Below, one piece after another: positions 63,431 through 64,000 of a stretch of DNA of 64,000 nt (positions are counted from its first letter, which is position 1; each line of letters begins with the position of its first letter). The notes under the pieces are model-generated. The model was not told where the DNA came from, searched no databases, and worked only from the letters and a program-made list of their open reading frames with translations. The stretch comes from Antedon mediterranea (Eukaryota > Animalia > Echinodermata): positions 23,887,365-23,951,364 of the forward strand of contig NC_092678.1 of assembly GCF_964355755.1 (NCBI RefSeq). Direction: 5' to 3'. A program made the translations under genes and the position numbers.

Positions 63431-64000
63431 ATTATGATGTTTCTTATGGCGATAATCTTAAATACAGGGATCAATGAAACACAAAAAAAAAACAATGTTG
63501 GCTTACCATTACAAAAATAACCACAATATCATTAATAGTTACTGTTTATTATCTAATATTTACAAACTCTATTTTTCATTCTTTTTGTGACATTTTATCC
63601 CAAACAATAATAAATAAAATAGATATATCCATATTTTTAATGAAATTATACTCAATTCCCTACATAGCTTAAACTTAGTCTAAACTTAGCATGTAGTGAC
63701 GACCTAATCTATTTAGTAATTAGAAAATAATAATTACGTAAAGAGACTTTTGTTGCCTTTTATTCATCAATTTAATTGGTCCTACTTATTGTAGGCTGGC
63801 CAATCAAACGTCATTATCAGCAGGTTACATCATACTGTAGCAACAACAAGGTCAAAGGTTATGACAAACAATCAAAGCACATATATAAATTGTATTACAA
63901 ACACTAAATTTTGACTAATTATTTATGTTTAATAATTAGTATATTTAAACTGTTCTTGCTCGAATAACCTCCAGTTACAAAGTTTAAAAGTGTTGCTGAG

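Overview
AT-rich eukaryotic genomic DNA with spliceosomal introns, most likely from an invertebrate animal (organism not determinable from the window). Left third (1-24000): a tandem cluster of intronless minus-strand RING/B-box/coiled-coil/filamin/NHL (TRIM-NHL) genes. It holds one intact copy (13173-15326), two frameshifted copies, an orphan 5' end of a deleted copy, and a repeated ~700-bp upstream module with kappaB, M-box/CLEAR and CRE motifs. Many nested mobile elements are interspersed: an RTE-type LINE split by a young non-autonomous Gypsy-type LTR element, a hAT-like TIR element carrying a Helitron, and Kolobok-like and Harbinger-like MITEs. Middle: a 5-coding-exon kyphoscoliosis-peptidase/transglutaminase-like gene (minus strand, apparent frameshift) head-to-head with a 14-coding-exon TRPV channel gene (plus strand, ~850 aa) that has an RFX X-box upstream. 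Right third (42250-63430): a ~21-kb satellite starting ~125 bp after the TRPV stop codon. Its 498-bp unit has three nucleosome-sized subunits, one of which is a ~164-bp palindrome with a hypervariable TA centre. All calls come from reading the sequence by eye; no database searches were run.
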